Positions 24,101 to 39,100 of a DNA stretch of 64,000 bases are shown here, piece by piece. The notes beneath the pieces were generated by a model. The model was not told the origin of the DNA. It saw nothing but the letters and a program-made list of their open reading frames with translations, and did not search any database. Made by a program: the position numbers and the translations under genes. The stretch comes from Antedon mediterranea (Eukaryota > Animalia > Echinodermata): positions 13,888,001-13,952,000 of the forward strand of contig NC_092674.1 in NCBI RefSeq assembly GCF_964355755.1, read 5' to 3'. Positions within the stretch are counted from its first letter, which is position 1; the number at the start of each line of letters is the position of its first letter.

Positions 24101-27100
24101 CAGCAATTTTAATCCAAAAACAATGTTATTTCGTTAAACTATTAAATTAGAAGTGAAAATTACACTTTAAGCAGGGAAACAACTCCCTGCTTTAAGTGTT
24201 TTGAACTGTATATTTAAGGTTATATATACTAGTTGTATTTCTAATCGTTCTTCATGAGCACCTAATAGTATGAGCATGACATGACGTATAAAACAATCGC
24301 CCACCTGATTACACAATATATGGTTGCCAATGTTAGGGATGAAACTACATATTGTTTCCAATGAATCAATTACAATATACAATTTTGTAATGTTTAATGA
24401 AACAAAATATGATAACATATGTACCATTTGTTGTCTTTCTTGTTCAGTTTTACCAAGGCTCTCATAATGTGTACCAATCAGCATTATCTTGTTTTTCTGT
24501 CCTGTTCTTACGTTTACAAAAACTGAACGAATCCAAAACAGAATGAGCTCAAGATTTGTCATTCGATGTTCATACATTTTTCCCTAAATCACAAAGAAAA
24601 TGAACAAAAGTTTCATTTTAAATTCTTAAACAGGTAGTTTGAAAACATTGTGGAAAATTATCTTATTATTGTGGTAATAATAGCAGCACACATTTATATA
24701 GAAAAATAACACTATCATGGAAATGGAAATAACAACAATCATGTATCAGGCCTCTCTGCTATTTGCACAGTTTTTGTTAAGGTAAAGGAAGATTTAGATT
24801 TTAAGATTTATATATATTTTTATATGGTATAGTTTATTCCATTCTGTAATGGGCGGGTTTCCCGCTGTTGAATGAGTTTGAATAAAAATAAAATAAAATA
24901 AGAAATAAACATTTTATGTATATTCAAGTACATAGAACATTTGAAATTTGTAAAATCTACTTACAGTTGTTGGATCACGAACTTTAGCTGGGGCATCAAG
25001 ATCTTGATTCAGGTTAAATACCACACATACAACAGCATAAGACACCATGAATATCTATTAAACATAATCATATTTGTCAGTATTAAAAACCGTTTATACA
25101 CATGTGTCAGTATACTGGCACAACTAAATATTTGATACTTATTTTTTTCCTCACAAACTGCATGTTCATCTTGGAAACATTTACAATCTTAAACATTAGT
25201 TTAATAAATAATGAATGTTTTATTATTACATTCTCTCTCCCTCCCTCTCTCTCTCTCTCTCTCTTTGCTATCCATCTATGCTAATATTACATTATGGTAG
25301 ACATCAATGAATACTATTTTATTAAAAGTCTCCCAAACCTGGATACCCTTCGGCTGGCAAAATATTTCTGAGTTTACAGAAATTCTGATATTCAAAATGT
25401 ATTTTTAAAGGTAAAAAGAATTTGGAACTTTTTTGACCTCAAGTCTTGTTTGGTTTCTGGTAATTAGGGACTAGAGACTGTATTGAATTAAATGAAGAAT
25501 AAAATAATTTATAATACTAGAGGGTGAGCTCGCTTCGCTCGCTCCCCCTCTAGGAAGTGTAGACGATGGTTCTCGGAATGATAATGTTCTCCTTATACAT
25601 TTTCTGTCGGTTACCATTATTGAAAATGCTTGACATTCGTAAAACTGAACTACTTTGTTTCACAGTGTTTTAGATGATTAATAACATTTTAAAGTATAGT
25701 TTTTATTGTTTGGTAGGGCCCTTTGGGGAGGCGGAGGTCATTTGAGGGAGGTGCTTATTCGAGGGATATATGTTACATTTTTTAGTTCTAATAATATGGT
25801 AACATTTATAATCAAATGAAATCCTCTCATAGATATGAAAAGTGGTAAAAAAGAGTAACAAATGCTTGGTAAATTGCAGATAACAGTGCGGTGAATTCTA
25901 CTACAAATAGTATAATTGTGTTATTATAAATATGTGGATGGACGTTTATTAGATAGTTGGGTTGTGGGGGGGGGGGGGGTTATTATTCAAAGTGATGTTT
26001 TATTGGAGAGGCGTTTATTCAAATGAATACCATCCTAATAATTATTAATACATTATTTTATTTAATCATCTTTTGAAACTAACTGCCGTGACAGAGTGGG
26101 CCCAAGAAAGAAGACATTACGGCTTGCAACATGGGCAGACATCTCGGTCCCAACGGGACACAGGGAGATAGCCTACAGTTATTCCTGCAAGCTTACTCAA
26201 TAAACCTCAGCTATCGGGATTTCACTCGAAAAATGTCTTATCAAATCTCCCTATGTAATTTTATAATACTATTCCCCACAATATATTCTGATTCTTTATG
26301 GCGTATATTTAATTTGATCTTTATTAATTTGCAGTATAATTCCTATTATTTAACTACTGTACCTTCACACACGTGTGGTATGTTTTAAAATAAACAAAAA
26401 ACTGAAATGGCTATGATTAATGGCCAATTTTTTTTTCGTCTTCCAAAGGGACACTGTATTGATTGATGGAAAGTGCCTGTTTCACCTTTAGGGTCAAATC
26501 TATTATTTTAACTGCTCCCTTGTGTATAAAAGAGAGAAAATATTTGAAACTAAGGTGAACTTATCTTAAACCCGGAAATTACTTTGACCGGGAAGAATTG
26601 AAATTGAGAGGAAAATCCAATGTTGAAATCATAAATGTTGTTAAAATACTCTTTATAATATCTTCCTAAGATATAAATATGGAACAATAGCGTCGGCGTG
26701 CACACTAATGTTATCAAATCTACGTTTCGCGGTACATCTCGGATAGATAAGGTAGGTATCCAAGGCGGAGATTTGTAGAGAAGTTTTTGCATTGTGCTCG
26801 CCTATGTCAGAATTAACCATAATTTATATATAGATTGTAATAATAATAATTGTATTTTATAACTGTTACCATATTAGACCAACATATGATAACATTTTTG
26901 TAATACCTTGGAGGTAGATTATTACTTCAAATCAAGTGAGTGTCAGTGGTGAAATTGTAACGAAGCCAAAAGACAATTTTACTAGATCCTGATCCCAACA
27001 CAACCTCAGAAGGAGGTATATGTATTAATAAGTACAAACTCTTTAGTAAGGTACAAGTATATCTTTATTCTATGGTGTCTCAAACTGAACTGTACAAAGT

Positions 27101-30100
27101 TATGGGTAAACGGTGATCAGTGATTGGCTATTCTGGCATGATAATATATTACTACTACTGTAGTATTGTAACAGGAGGCATACTAAATTAAAGGCAAAAC
27201 TAAGAAATTAGGTAAATCAATACAATTTACCCGTTGTATCACATGATATATAGGCTGCCCTCCAAAGTCCCAGAGGTTCATAACAAACTTGTTGCTGTCC
27301 ACTTTAGAGTCACCACCTATTCTTACAGAGCGAAGTTGGCTTTCAACTTTGTTCACGACCACTTTAGGAATTTGTGGTCTATCAAGTTTTTCTTCATACA
27401 GTGGTTCTGTTGTGATAAAATAATAATACATAATACAACAGTTTAATTCAATATCATTTCAACATTTAAAAATAAAATAGAAATCCATCATAATAAAGCT
27501 ATTCCTTTTTACTTAAATCTTGATGATTGTAAAAACAGACAAGACAGATGGAGGCAGGCTGAGAATATAGAGCAGAATGACACTATAACTGTTTTGTTAA
27601 AAGAAAAGGTATTTCCAATGCAATATTTAAGCATTCTAAACCTTATCCTTTCCAATCAATGGTTTAGTGATGAGTTTATTTAACCACATTGTACTGCAAG
27701 TTGAATAGATTACACAGCAGTGTCATACAATATACAAATACTAGTATTGACTGTCAAAGTAACTTTCAAGATAATATGTTCATTAGCATACACTGATGAT
27801 TATGATTAAATTTCCGCTCCTTAAATCATTTCAATATTTCTGATATCATTACTATGTATGAACAGCACAATCAGGCACATTTCAAAATAAATATTTACCC
27901 TTCTTTTGTGGGCTTGGCATTGAATTTGAACTTTTTGAGGTTTCAGCAAATTTGGCTTCCTGTTTTGATGTTGATGCTCCTGTGGGATTTTTCTCTTTCT
28001 CATGTCTACTTTCTGAAAAATGTGTTGATATAATTAAATATGATGCTATCTTGTAATAAGGAGCATAATACATTAACATTCAATAACATTAAGCTTTATA
28101 ATCAAATTAACTTGACAAGAATTAAAGTTTACAGTAATGAATCATTTTTTTTGTATAAACATGTCTTTTTATATTAAATTGTATATGTATTTTCTAAAAT
28201 CATTTTTGTACCAATTTGTGGTTTTGTATTGTTCAATTTATATAGACTACTTTTTTTATATATACAGTTAAACATGTTTTACAGCAGATTACAATAACAA
28301 TAAAGACATTTTAACTAAATTTGAATTAATTGTAATTAACATCTTTTACCAGATTTGGTTTTCTCCTTTGATGGTCCTGCTCTTTGTGTGTATCCTTCTG
28401 TATAGCGTGAACTTTTCAACATTTGTTTAACTGTGACATCAGTGACAGCATCCTGATACATGTCTGAAGCTTTTTAATAAAAAAATGTTAATAAATTCAA
28501 ATTATATTATTTTTTACACAGTTATACATATTGGTTTTTAAAAGCATTGAAACCATTTTAATGTTGTTGTTGCAATAATTGATCCTCCTTGTTCAAAGTG
28601 GATAACTATTATATGATATTAAAATGGCATATTACTTATTTGGTAAAAAAAAATACAAAACACATTGTGGGATGATAGAGCATGTCACAGGGTGAATTAA
28701 AAAAAATATTTTGGTTGTTTTTTAACAGCAACATGTATGTGAATAAAGTGAATACTTACAAATATCCTGCGTTGTTTCTTTCAGCATTTCTTTGTTACTG
28801 GCATCTGGTGTACACACCGTTGTTTTAACCATTGCATCTGTTATTATATGCACTGGATTAAACCTATGACAAAATGACATTATATATTTATAAAAGAATG
28901 TTTGCATTAATAATCTAGAGACACATAATTTGATGGTATACTGCAAATACATTGTTTTTACGTTGAATTATAATCTTATTTTAAACCCTATTTTGAGGTT
29001 CACAATATCCTGTTGAAAACAAATTGAAAGCATCTGTTTCTATCGTAACTTTCCACTTATCCTTACAGACAGTATAGACCCTCAACAACGTGTGTTCACA
29101 GGAACTATGTGTGTACAGTTATATACCAATCAAACAATAATACATCTACGCAATAAAATATATAGGACACTGTTCCCAACTGCAAGTAGCAAACAATCAA
29201 TCAACAAAAATTGATACAATATAATATAATGTGCTTACTCTTTTCTTAAAAGAGAATTGATAGTAGAAGTTTTTCCAACATTTTCAAGTCCTACAAAAAT
29301 AGTTCTTCCTTGATTAAACTCTGTTTGTCCATCTTCAAGTGCATTTTGAAATGCTTTCACCGCATCAGGTCCTCTTGCCAATATCTCCTCTGGAACATGC
29401 ATATCTTAAAATAAACAAAATAAATTATTGTATAATTTCCTACTTTCATTTTTTCATGGAAATTCTAAAGATCTTGGTATCTGAAATATATGCCTGTCAT
29501 TGGCAGAAAAAACAGTGCCAACTCATTATTTCACATAGGCTATTAAACAAGAAAACTCAGATATAGAAAACTCAGAAATATTCATTATTAATCAGAGGAA
29601 TTTAAACAAATTTTGTATACCTTTATAAAATATGTCATTGCAGTGTTATAGATTAGGGTTTGCATAGTTTTATTAATGTTTTTATTTAACTATTAAATTT
29701 ACTATATTAGCTCAATATTATTTAACAGCGTAGTAACCTGAATAGCAGAAGAAAATCTGAGTGTTCTAGAACTAGAAATATCAGATATATCTGAGATCCG
29801 AGTTTTCTAGACACCCATTAAACAGTGCATACAATTATTGTAATCTTTATCAGGATTTTCTTTTCTTTATTTATCCAAAAAAATGTGAGAAATAGCATAT
29901 TAAAAGGAATGCAGGAGATCACAAACATATTGGGAAATAACACTCCTGCAATTATTGGGAGAGTTGGGAGGTCTGAGTCAGTCTGGAAGTTAGCATACAG
30001 CCAGCTGTCTTCACTTACTGTCAATTATATTTGCCAACTCTTTTTCATCAGATTTCATGAGCGCTTTAACAAGTTGCGAACGCTTGGACTCAGAAGTTGA

Positions 30101-33100
30101 TAATTTCATGGCCCAAGCATCGAGCATGTTATAAGACACTTCATATTTATCATCTGGATTATCTTGTTTAAAATGATCGATTTCTGCCATGGTAAACTCA
30201 AGATTTACTGCTAGTTGTTCCCAATTAATGACATGTATGGCTATGTTGATTAATTCTTTGGTTGTTATATCTAAATAAAATAAGATATTCTCATAATTTG
30301 TAAAACATTCAATGCGAAAGGGGATACATATAACACAGTGTTCACAGCTTCAGCATGTCTAGTAAGATGGTTGTCTCCAAATCACTGTGCACATGGCTTA
30401 ATTGAATCTTTGCTGAAATATTTTCAGGAAACAAACAACTTTGCTACTGACAATTGGCAAACACGCTTTCATTTAAAAAAAAAACGTAACACACACACAA
30501 ACCCCACACATTTCAGCCAAACCTCTAATACGAAAAGGCCAAGCAAATCAGTGTAAACTGTACTTCTAGTATAGTATAAAAATTTTTGAAGAATATTCAT
30601 ACCTGATGATGTGATATCTATGAATGGTAAAGGTCCACCTAAAAAAGTAAAATACATTAGTAAAAAAAAGTTAATTTTGAAAGGTGTTACAACTGCTAAC
30701 AACAGCTAATGACGAAACACCCGTTAATGTAGAACAATACAACGCTAATGTAGTTAAACCACCAGCTAATATAGAAACACCAACACCTTATGTATAAATA
30801 GAAATCAACACCAGCTAATGCAGAAATGGTCAACAGCTTATGTAGTACTGATATTTCCTCCCAGCTTATGTAGTTACTATCGCCAGCTAATGTAGAAAAT
30901 GTTGTATATTTTACAAAAATGTCATCATGTGCAAATGCATCGATCTTTACTTAGCTACAGTATTTTAACTTCTCGTAAGCAACCAACTTTCTAAACGATC
31001 ACACATGGTAAGCAACCATCTCTGTTAAAGGACCGCTTTCATAATCGACCACCTCACGTAAAGGATCATCTCATCTCATAATGGACCGCTTCACATAATC
31101 GACCACAATCGACTACAACTCTTACTGACCACACATTTTGTAAGTGACCACCAGGTGTCTACATTAGCGGTTGTAACAAAGGGTTTGAAGGTTTTAATTT
31201 TAAAATTAAAAAAAAAGATTTATTAAAACTTGCAAAAAGGGCAATGCTTTTTATCATTAATAATCAATAGTCTGTTTTATTTTACTTGGTTTTATTTTAC
31301 TTTACTTTATAATATTACCAAAATATAGACATAGCGTATAATTGCATCGCAAAATGGAAGATAAAAATGATAAAATACAAAAATAACTTCATAACCTAAA
31401 CTATTAAAAAACTTCAGACAAAAAGCAAGAGAATTATACATGCATAGAAGGATATACTATGATTTAAGCAATCTAGGAAATCTGCAAATAAATCTATTGA
31501 GTTTAAAAACTTGATATTCCATGGGGAGGTTTCTAGTTGAATAGGCTTGTCTAATTAAATTCATCTAAGATGTAAATATTTGATTAAGGGGTATAGTAAA
31601 CAAGGCCAACAGCCATTAAGTCGCGTGTTACAATGCATAGTGATACCGGACCGACAGACAGACCGACAGATAGACCAACAGACAGACCGACCGACATAGT
31701 GAACTATACTGACCGACATAGTGAACTATACTGACCGAAATTACTGAACATGTTTAAAAATGTTGAAATGTTTAAAAACATTTATATTTTTTTTAATTTA
31801 CACGTGCGTAGCCTGTCACTTTTGACGTGCTCGTATAACGTAATTTCGAGTTGAAAAGTAAGTCAAGAAAACAGAAATCGGGCAAAAAGAGTGTGCAATA
31901 ACATTTTAACGCGCAGTGCGCGCGCAAAAATATGCGCACTCATGGCAATTTTGTAAACGCTTAATATTTCCTGAAACGTACTCTTATTTCATCGAAAATA
32001 AATTTTTGAAAATGTTAAGCGCGCGTACGCATGCGTTACATGCGCTACGCACGTAATTGTTTTGCCATATGATGATTTATGCCCTGAAATTTATGAGTAC
32101 CAAATTTTATTTAATTGTGATTCATGGTTGTGAAGATATGATTACAAACGTGATTTCGTTAAATCGTGCGTAGACCGCTTAATTTTCTATTGCGCACCGT
32201 GAAAACATAACCACATCGATTCCTGGCCATAAAGAATATACTGTGATTAAACTGATATCAAGATAAGGTCAGAAAGCGATAAAACGCATAGTGATACCGG
32301 ACCGACAGACAGACAGACCGATCAACCGACCGACATAGTGAACTATAGAGTCGCGTCCACGCGACTAAAAACAAAACCAAAACTAGAATTTAATTCGTCA
32401 CTTTGACGAATTATATGTGATCATTTTTATCATTTTATTGACATTAATATTTTTAAACATGCACGTATGTTAACATACAATCGAAAATTGTTGATGTATG
32501 CCATCCTATTATACGCTTATAGTGCTTAGTTGTGTCTATTATATGCCATATACATTATGTACAGTATATACTGTATATCTATATACAGTGTAGCATTGGT
32601 GAAATTATGGACACATCATGTTCTAATATTTTGGCACTGATGACATCATCAAAATAAACTTGTGGATAACAATATCGAAAGAAAATGAATTGATCGTTGA
32701 TTTAATAATGTTTGCAGATGATACGAATATGTTTTTACAACACAATGATATCGTCACTGCCTTTACAATAATGCCAAATGAACTAAATAAAATTGAGAAA
32801 TGGTGTAAAACTAATATATTAACTATTAATACAACCAAGACTACGTATATGTTATTTAGTGGAAAGAATACCAACATTGACAGATCCCAATTTGCACTTT
32901 CAATACATTTTTTCAATAGACAGAGTGACATATACTACATTTCTCGGTGTCATCATTGATGAAAAACTGAACTTTAGACACCATACAAATGCAGTTTCTT
33001 GTAAAGCATCCTCAATAATTGGTGCCATGTATCAAATAAAAAATGTAGTATCAACTGTAGTGTTACTTACCATATACAAGACACTTATATTACCAATGTT

Positions 33101-36100
33101 GACATTATGGTATTATTGTATGGGGTGTTTGAAACAAAGAAAATATGGACCGCCTTCTTTTGCTTCAGAAAAAAGCTCTTAGGATCATTTGTAAGGTAGA
33201 CTATCATCATCCCTCTTCTCAGCTCTTTTTTTGAAAACGGGCACATTTAATGTACTTGATTTTTATAAAAACAGTGTTTTAAATGTTATGTTTAAATACC
33301 AAAAAGGACAACTTCCAAAATGTTTCAATTCTTTATTTAGTTTATTTGATAATTATCATACATATAGCACTCGAAATAAAGACAATTATTGTATACAATT
33401 AAAATCAACTAATATGGGTCAGCAAAGTATAACAAATAGAGGACCTAAGCTATAGAATCAACTCATAAGAAATATAAGAGAGAGTAAAAATATATCAAAA
33501 TTTAAAAAACTATTACTAAAAAAATGCATTAATAGTTATAAAGAAACAATATATCCTTGTGATGACAACATTTGTAAATATGTCTAACTTAGACATATAT
33601 AACATATTCATCATCGTGTATCTTTATCGTTTCAAATTAATTAATTACATTTGCGTATATATTCTGTGACTGTGATGTGTATATATATATTATAGTACGT
33701 TGTATTTTCCTTAATAATTTAGTTACTTATTGAAAACATTTTTGTAATATATTTGTGAATTTATATTTTAAGTTAGGGTGGCACAGATAAAAAGCTTTGC
33801 TTGCTTGTGGTTATCCTGTTTTTCACACTTTATTGTACTTTAGTTTCTTTATTTGATATATGAATGTTGTGTGAAAAATAAAAGAATCAACCAATCAATC
33901 AATCAATCAATTCAGAAGAGCTGTAAGGTATTCAAATATACGTTGTAGGTGAAATTACGTAACCACCGTTATTCAAATTTTAATACGTGATGACGTTTAA
34001 AAATGAAAATATTGGCAATTCATGAGTAACATAATTGGTTGAGGTAGAAGATATTAAAATTTAAAAAGAAAATCGATCACAGATAAGCGAGTTGCGCTCT
34101 GTTGAATATGGTGGTCTATGACAAAAGAGGTAAAAACCCTATTTTTAAAATTCATGTGGCCAAATGATGACGTCGTAATGTGTATATACATTTATATCTA
34201 CAACTCATTGGCTTCCATAATAATTACAAAAAAAATGGGGGTCACCTTCCATTTGGAAGAGTTATATTCATTTTAAAAGGCCATATTTTTTACCATTTTT
34301 AGCACTTTTGTACAATTAATGTGCGCATTTTGTCATTTTTAACGTGCTCGTATATAACTATTTTAAGTCGAAATGGACTCAAATTTGGTGAATGTACTAA
34401 GGAAGATGAGTAGAATGCAATTTTTACCAAAAATTTGTATTTTTTACGCTTCATATGTACGTATCTTATAATAGGACTGACAATTACTACTTGATAAAAG
34501 AATCCATGATCATTAAGATTTAATTACGTCTAGTTTCTTTAACAAGCAATCACAATATTTATTTTGTTCATTATTACTTTTCCAAGCTTTGTTTTAAGTT
34601 TTCATAGTACTTACCTTTCAGAATGTTAATGATTTCTTTTTTCTGATCTTTATCATATTTAGCACAACTGTTTTCATTATAGCAATCCAAGGCAGATTTT
34701 CCCTCCTAACAATCAAAGGTTATAAATGTCATGTTATTATATGATTACAAAATATGTTATACTAAGCAGTCCTAAACATATTACAAATTTGTGCTTAAAA
34801 TGTCACATAATTTGCAAGACCATAACCCCCTTGTCTTTTTTCTCCATCATATAAATGTAATTTTTATCTTGCTGTACCTACCTCTACCTACATTACATTT
34901 TGTGTCATAGCTTAATTACACTGCATAGTAAGTGAATGTGCATTTGATGTATAATAAGTATACACCTAACTTCCCATGGTTGAATGCCTAATTCGAATCC
35001 CAGAATATTTTTTTTTTGTGCGGGTTATGACCGATTTCTTTTTAAACTAGAACTCTGTCGGGTCAAGATCATTGGTGTTGCAAAGTTTTTCACATAAAAC
35101 ATAACCAACAACAAACAAATATACAGGGGCGGTAAAAAGTTAACTATAATGAAGTAAAACAATTAATGACATTCCTGAAATTTGATTACTGAGCTATTGA
35201 GCTTTGACCAAATTTTTACACAAATTTTTAATTACAAAAAAAAAAAAGTAAGAATTAGATGTAGCAGGCCTTTGACACTAAGTTCTGATTAACTATCTCT
35301 CAATATTTATTAGTTACAGTAGAAAAGCATAAACAAATCCTCAGACAACATTTGAATTGACAAACAAACAAAACCAACAAGCAAACAAACAACATGCATA
35401 CAGGGGTGAAAACGTGACCTCCTAGACAGACGGAATAAAAGTGTTCATCTTAAGCATTGTCAGACAAATTGTCTTAAAAATGTATTGATTAGAATTGGTT
35501 AAGCAAATGTAGATTAGATTAACTGAACATTTTGACCACAAAAATCATTCTGCTTTAAATTTAAAGCTTACAAATCTTTGACACTGTACATCCGGCTGAA
35601 ATAAATTATTTTGTTAATATTTATATATAATGAGCAACTGAGAGGATACATTTAATATCAAATAATATGTCAACAACTAAAATTTAAAGAAATATAGAAC
35701 AAATACTTAATGTACTTTCATTATTTATTATCTGTATTTAATTATGTATAATACTTCAGTTTACAGTTTTGTAAAATATGAGAAAAATAGCAATAAAGGA
35801 CGCATGGTTATGTTTATTTGTGATTATAAACAATTCAATTTAGATTTACACTTTAACAATACAATTTGAATACTGTAATGAAAAAAATAAATATTAATCA
35901 CTATAACATTTGTTTGGGAGTATCATTTTCATTTTAATATATCTGTAATTAATCATTCTTTCAAACAAATATACAGGTACATGGTGGATGGTCAATAGAT
36001 TGCTCGATGATTAGACAAGAAGAAACTAGCCTGAAATTGTCAATGATAAGAATAAACCTTTTTCATTATATAACGTAAAAAAAAAGAATAGAACATCTAT

Positions 36101-39100
36101 ATTATTAACATAATTTCATTACAGTACTTAATAACAAGCTTACCTTGTTTTTATTGTAAATGTCCATACTTCCTTCCTGTATGAAGAACACAAAAATATT
36201 CTTGTGTTCTTCATATTGAATATTTGCTCGAGCACATACTTGCATAGCATTGTCTCCATTCTAGTAAAAAGTGAAAAAATAAGTGCACCAGCTGTACTGC
36301 ATATATTTTAAATAAGTTTAACAAAAATAATTAATGGCACCACCAACATATTAAAGTAGTGTAGAGGATATAATAGTGATAGACATTGAAAAGGATAGAA
36401 CAATTTTTAGGCTCTGGGACACTAATAATCTGGGATACACAACAGTCCAGGAACTAATGGGTTCAAGTCAAGAATTATTTGGGAATGTATTCACGAGTGT
36501 TTGCAATGCACTCAGCATAGAACAATTACATCAGAATAGGACAAAAAATACTTACTTTACTTGTACATCAAAATATGAAATGAAATGTATAAGTATCCAT
36601 GACCAGCTCTATAATTGGGGACGGTTGAGCTAAGACAATTTTGAAAACTAGAGCTGCAGGTCTTCAAAAACTACATTTTTAAATAAATAAAAATTCAGGC
36701 CTAGAGGCCTTAAAAAGTGACCAAAATTTTACCTTTTATTTTGAAGGGAATACGTCCGCAAGCGTAGACCATTTCCCTTCGGGGAAATCAGATTATTTCC
36801 CAGATGTGAATTTCGATGTACGATGAGCAGTTCATGAAATACAGGACATTGGAAATTTTTTAGTGAGCCTACAGCGAAACGTCTATTTTAGGTATCCCAC
36901 GGTACAGAGGGTTAATCGTAATTTTAAAAATTTAACATACGAACAATAGATCGCCAACATAATTCGTACCCTTTTGCTGTATAGCGTTCGTCGATTTACA
37001 TCACATCACGACGTAACGCTTTGGAAATGTTCGCCTGGAAACTACAGTACATACTGGTCCCTGGATGGAACATGATATCACGTGTAAACCGCAATTGGCC
37101 GGGCCGCGAAATTTTCTTTACTCGACAGATAAGGCAGAAATCATGAATAATTCATTCAATAATTGCAAGATAGCTGATCTACTTCCTAAATATACTAAAC
37201 CTAAAGCCGATTTTCCACTAGGCGAATTTGTTCACGCGAATCGAAAGCGTCATACTCTGCGCATGCGTATTCGAGTTTCTGTCTGTCATACTCCCTTCTG
37301 TGACGAATTCTATTTCCTTAATTTTTCGCTGCAGCGAAATTTACTAGTTCGAATTGTTTCTACTTTTTGCGAAGCGAAATATTGCGCAACCAATCAGAGC
37401 TCAGGAAATGAGTTATGACGCTTTCATGAGCAGTCATGCGAATCGAAATGCTCAGCAACCACGCGAGGAACATGAACGTCGCAGATATTCGCTCATGTAG
37501 TGGAAAGAGAGTAGGCGATTTTTTTCTCTTCGAAACGTTAGATTCGCGCGAACAAATTCGCCTAGTGGAAAATCGGCTTAACCCCCTAAATAATCTCTCT
37601 CAACTATTAAAAAAAAACATGTTCTTGAAAGACCTCGAACCGAGGGCTCCAGCGTAATAGGTTAAAGCTTTTACCACTAGACCAAACATTTCGGTTGGCA
37701 AACGCTGTTTACACAAATTATTTAATATCTCTGCATGCTTATATAGCGCCCTCTCTAATGTGGCATATTATGTCATAATTATTCTAATGAATTATTCATG
37801 ATTTCTGCCTTATCTGACGAGTAAAGAAAATTTTGCGGCCGGGCCTAATGCAGTGCGTACATACCGTATATTTCGGTGTATAAGTCGCACCTGTGTATAA
37901 GACGCACCCCCAACTGAGAGTAAAATATCGGTATTTTTTATATCGTCGATGTATAAGACGCACCTTATATTTCATCAAAAAAATGTTTTTTTAAATTGTA
38001 ATCAATATTATTGTAATAATATATTTTGTTATATCTACAACGGCGTCCTTTATTTAGGTTTTTTCTTACCTAGGCTCGGCCGCGCCCAGCCTCAACAAGT
38101 TCTTTCTAACTTGTTATTCATGAGTTTCGCCGCAACATCGAGTGCATGACCGTGTGTGTAACACGCACGTGTGTGGGCTAGTGTAATATAATGTTGCGTT
38201 GTTGAGGTACTAATGAAGACTCTTACTCGCTTGACTGTCGTAACACATATATTATTTATTCAGTATAATACTTCAGTACAATATACAACTATAAGTATAG
38301 ATAAGGAACGGACAATCAATGATGCTGTCAGTGAGGTGTGAAGTGTGTAGGTCTGCTTCTGAAGAAGTGGCTGTGAGGTGTGTCTGGGCCCTTCTGAAAC
38401 TTGGGAGTATATTGGCTCAGTTCATTTGCATATGTCACTACGTAATATTAGAGGGTAACGATTGGTCCTAAGTTGATCCAGGGGTGTTTAAGTGGGAGTG
38501 ATTAACGGTATAATAAGGTATTTCTGTGATGGATGACACTGTCAAATCTGTACTTAAATAGTGTCAGTCACTCCTGGTTTAACGATGGGAAAAGTCACAA
38601 AGTTAAGCTAAGTGTTTTCTTTAGGGATTCTATTATAAACTAAATGGTCATTAAAACATCTGGACAAACTCTCCTCTGGACTTTCTGGGTCAAGTTTGTG
38701 AACCTATTTGAATTCCGATACAAAGGTCAATTTCTTAAATATAAAAGTATTTCGTTATATTACACTAGCCTCGCTCGATCATTTCGAGAGGGCGCACGTT
38801 TTCACGGACAATCTTATTCGATTAGTATCTATGTATCCGAGAAGTGTGTACGCTAGGTCCATGCTATAATCACCTGGAGAATATACTAGTCGAATACCGT
38901 ACACCATGTGCCACCAAAAGAAGGGCTTGCGCTTGGGGTACGGCGATCGTGCGTATAACTACTGTATAAATAAATACTATTCCAATCGTACGACGTAAAC
39001 GTTTACAAATGAAATTTTATCGGAGCGCCATAATGAACAAATCTTTTCATCATATTTAGTATAACATCATGCTAAAATGACTTGAAAACTATGCCTAGGC

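Noticed and set aside
24167-24196. Terminator-like short hairpins (also 4500-4530 and 11580-11613)
   Set aside because: Eukaryotic intronic/UTR context; most likely collapsed TE termini with no evidence of function.
37065-37657. Duplicated ORF pair (117/73 aa, repeated at 39964-40478) as a two-gene module
   Set aside because: The ORFs run across TIRs and nested-insertion junctions of a non-coding MITE; identity reflects recent transposition.
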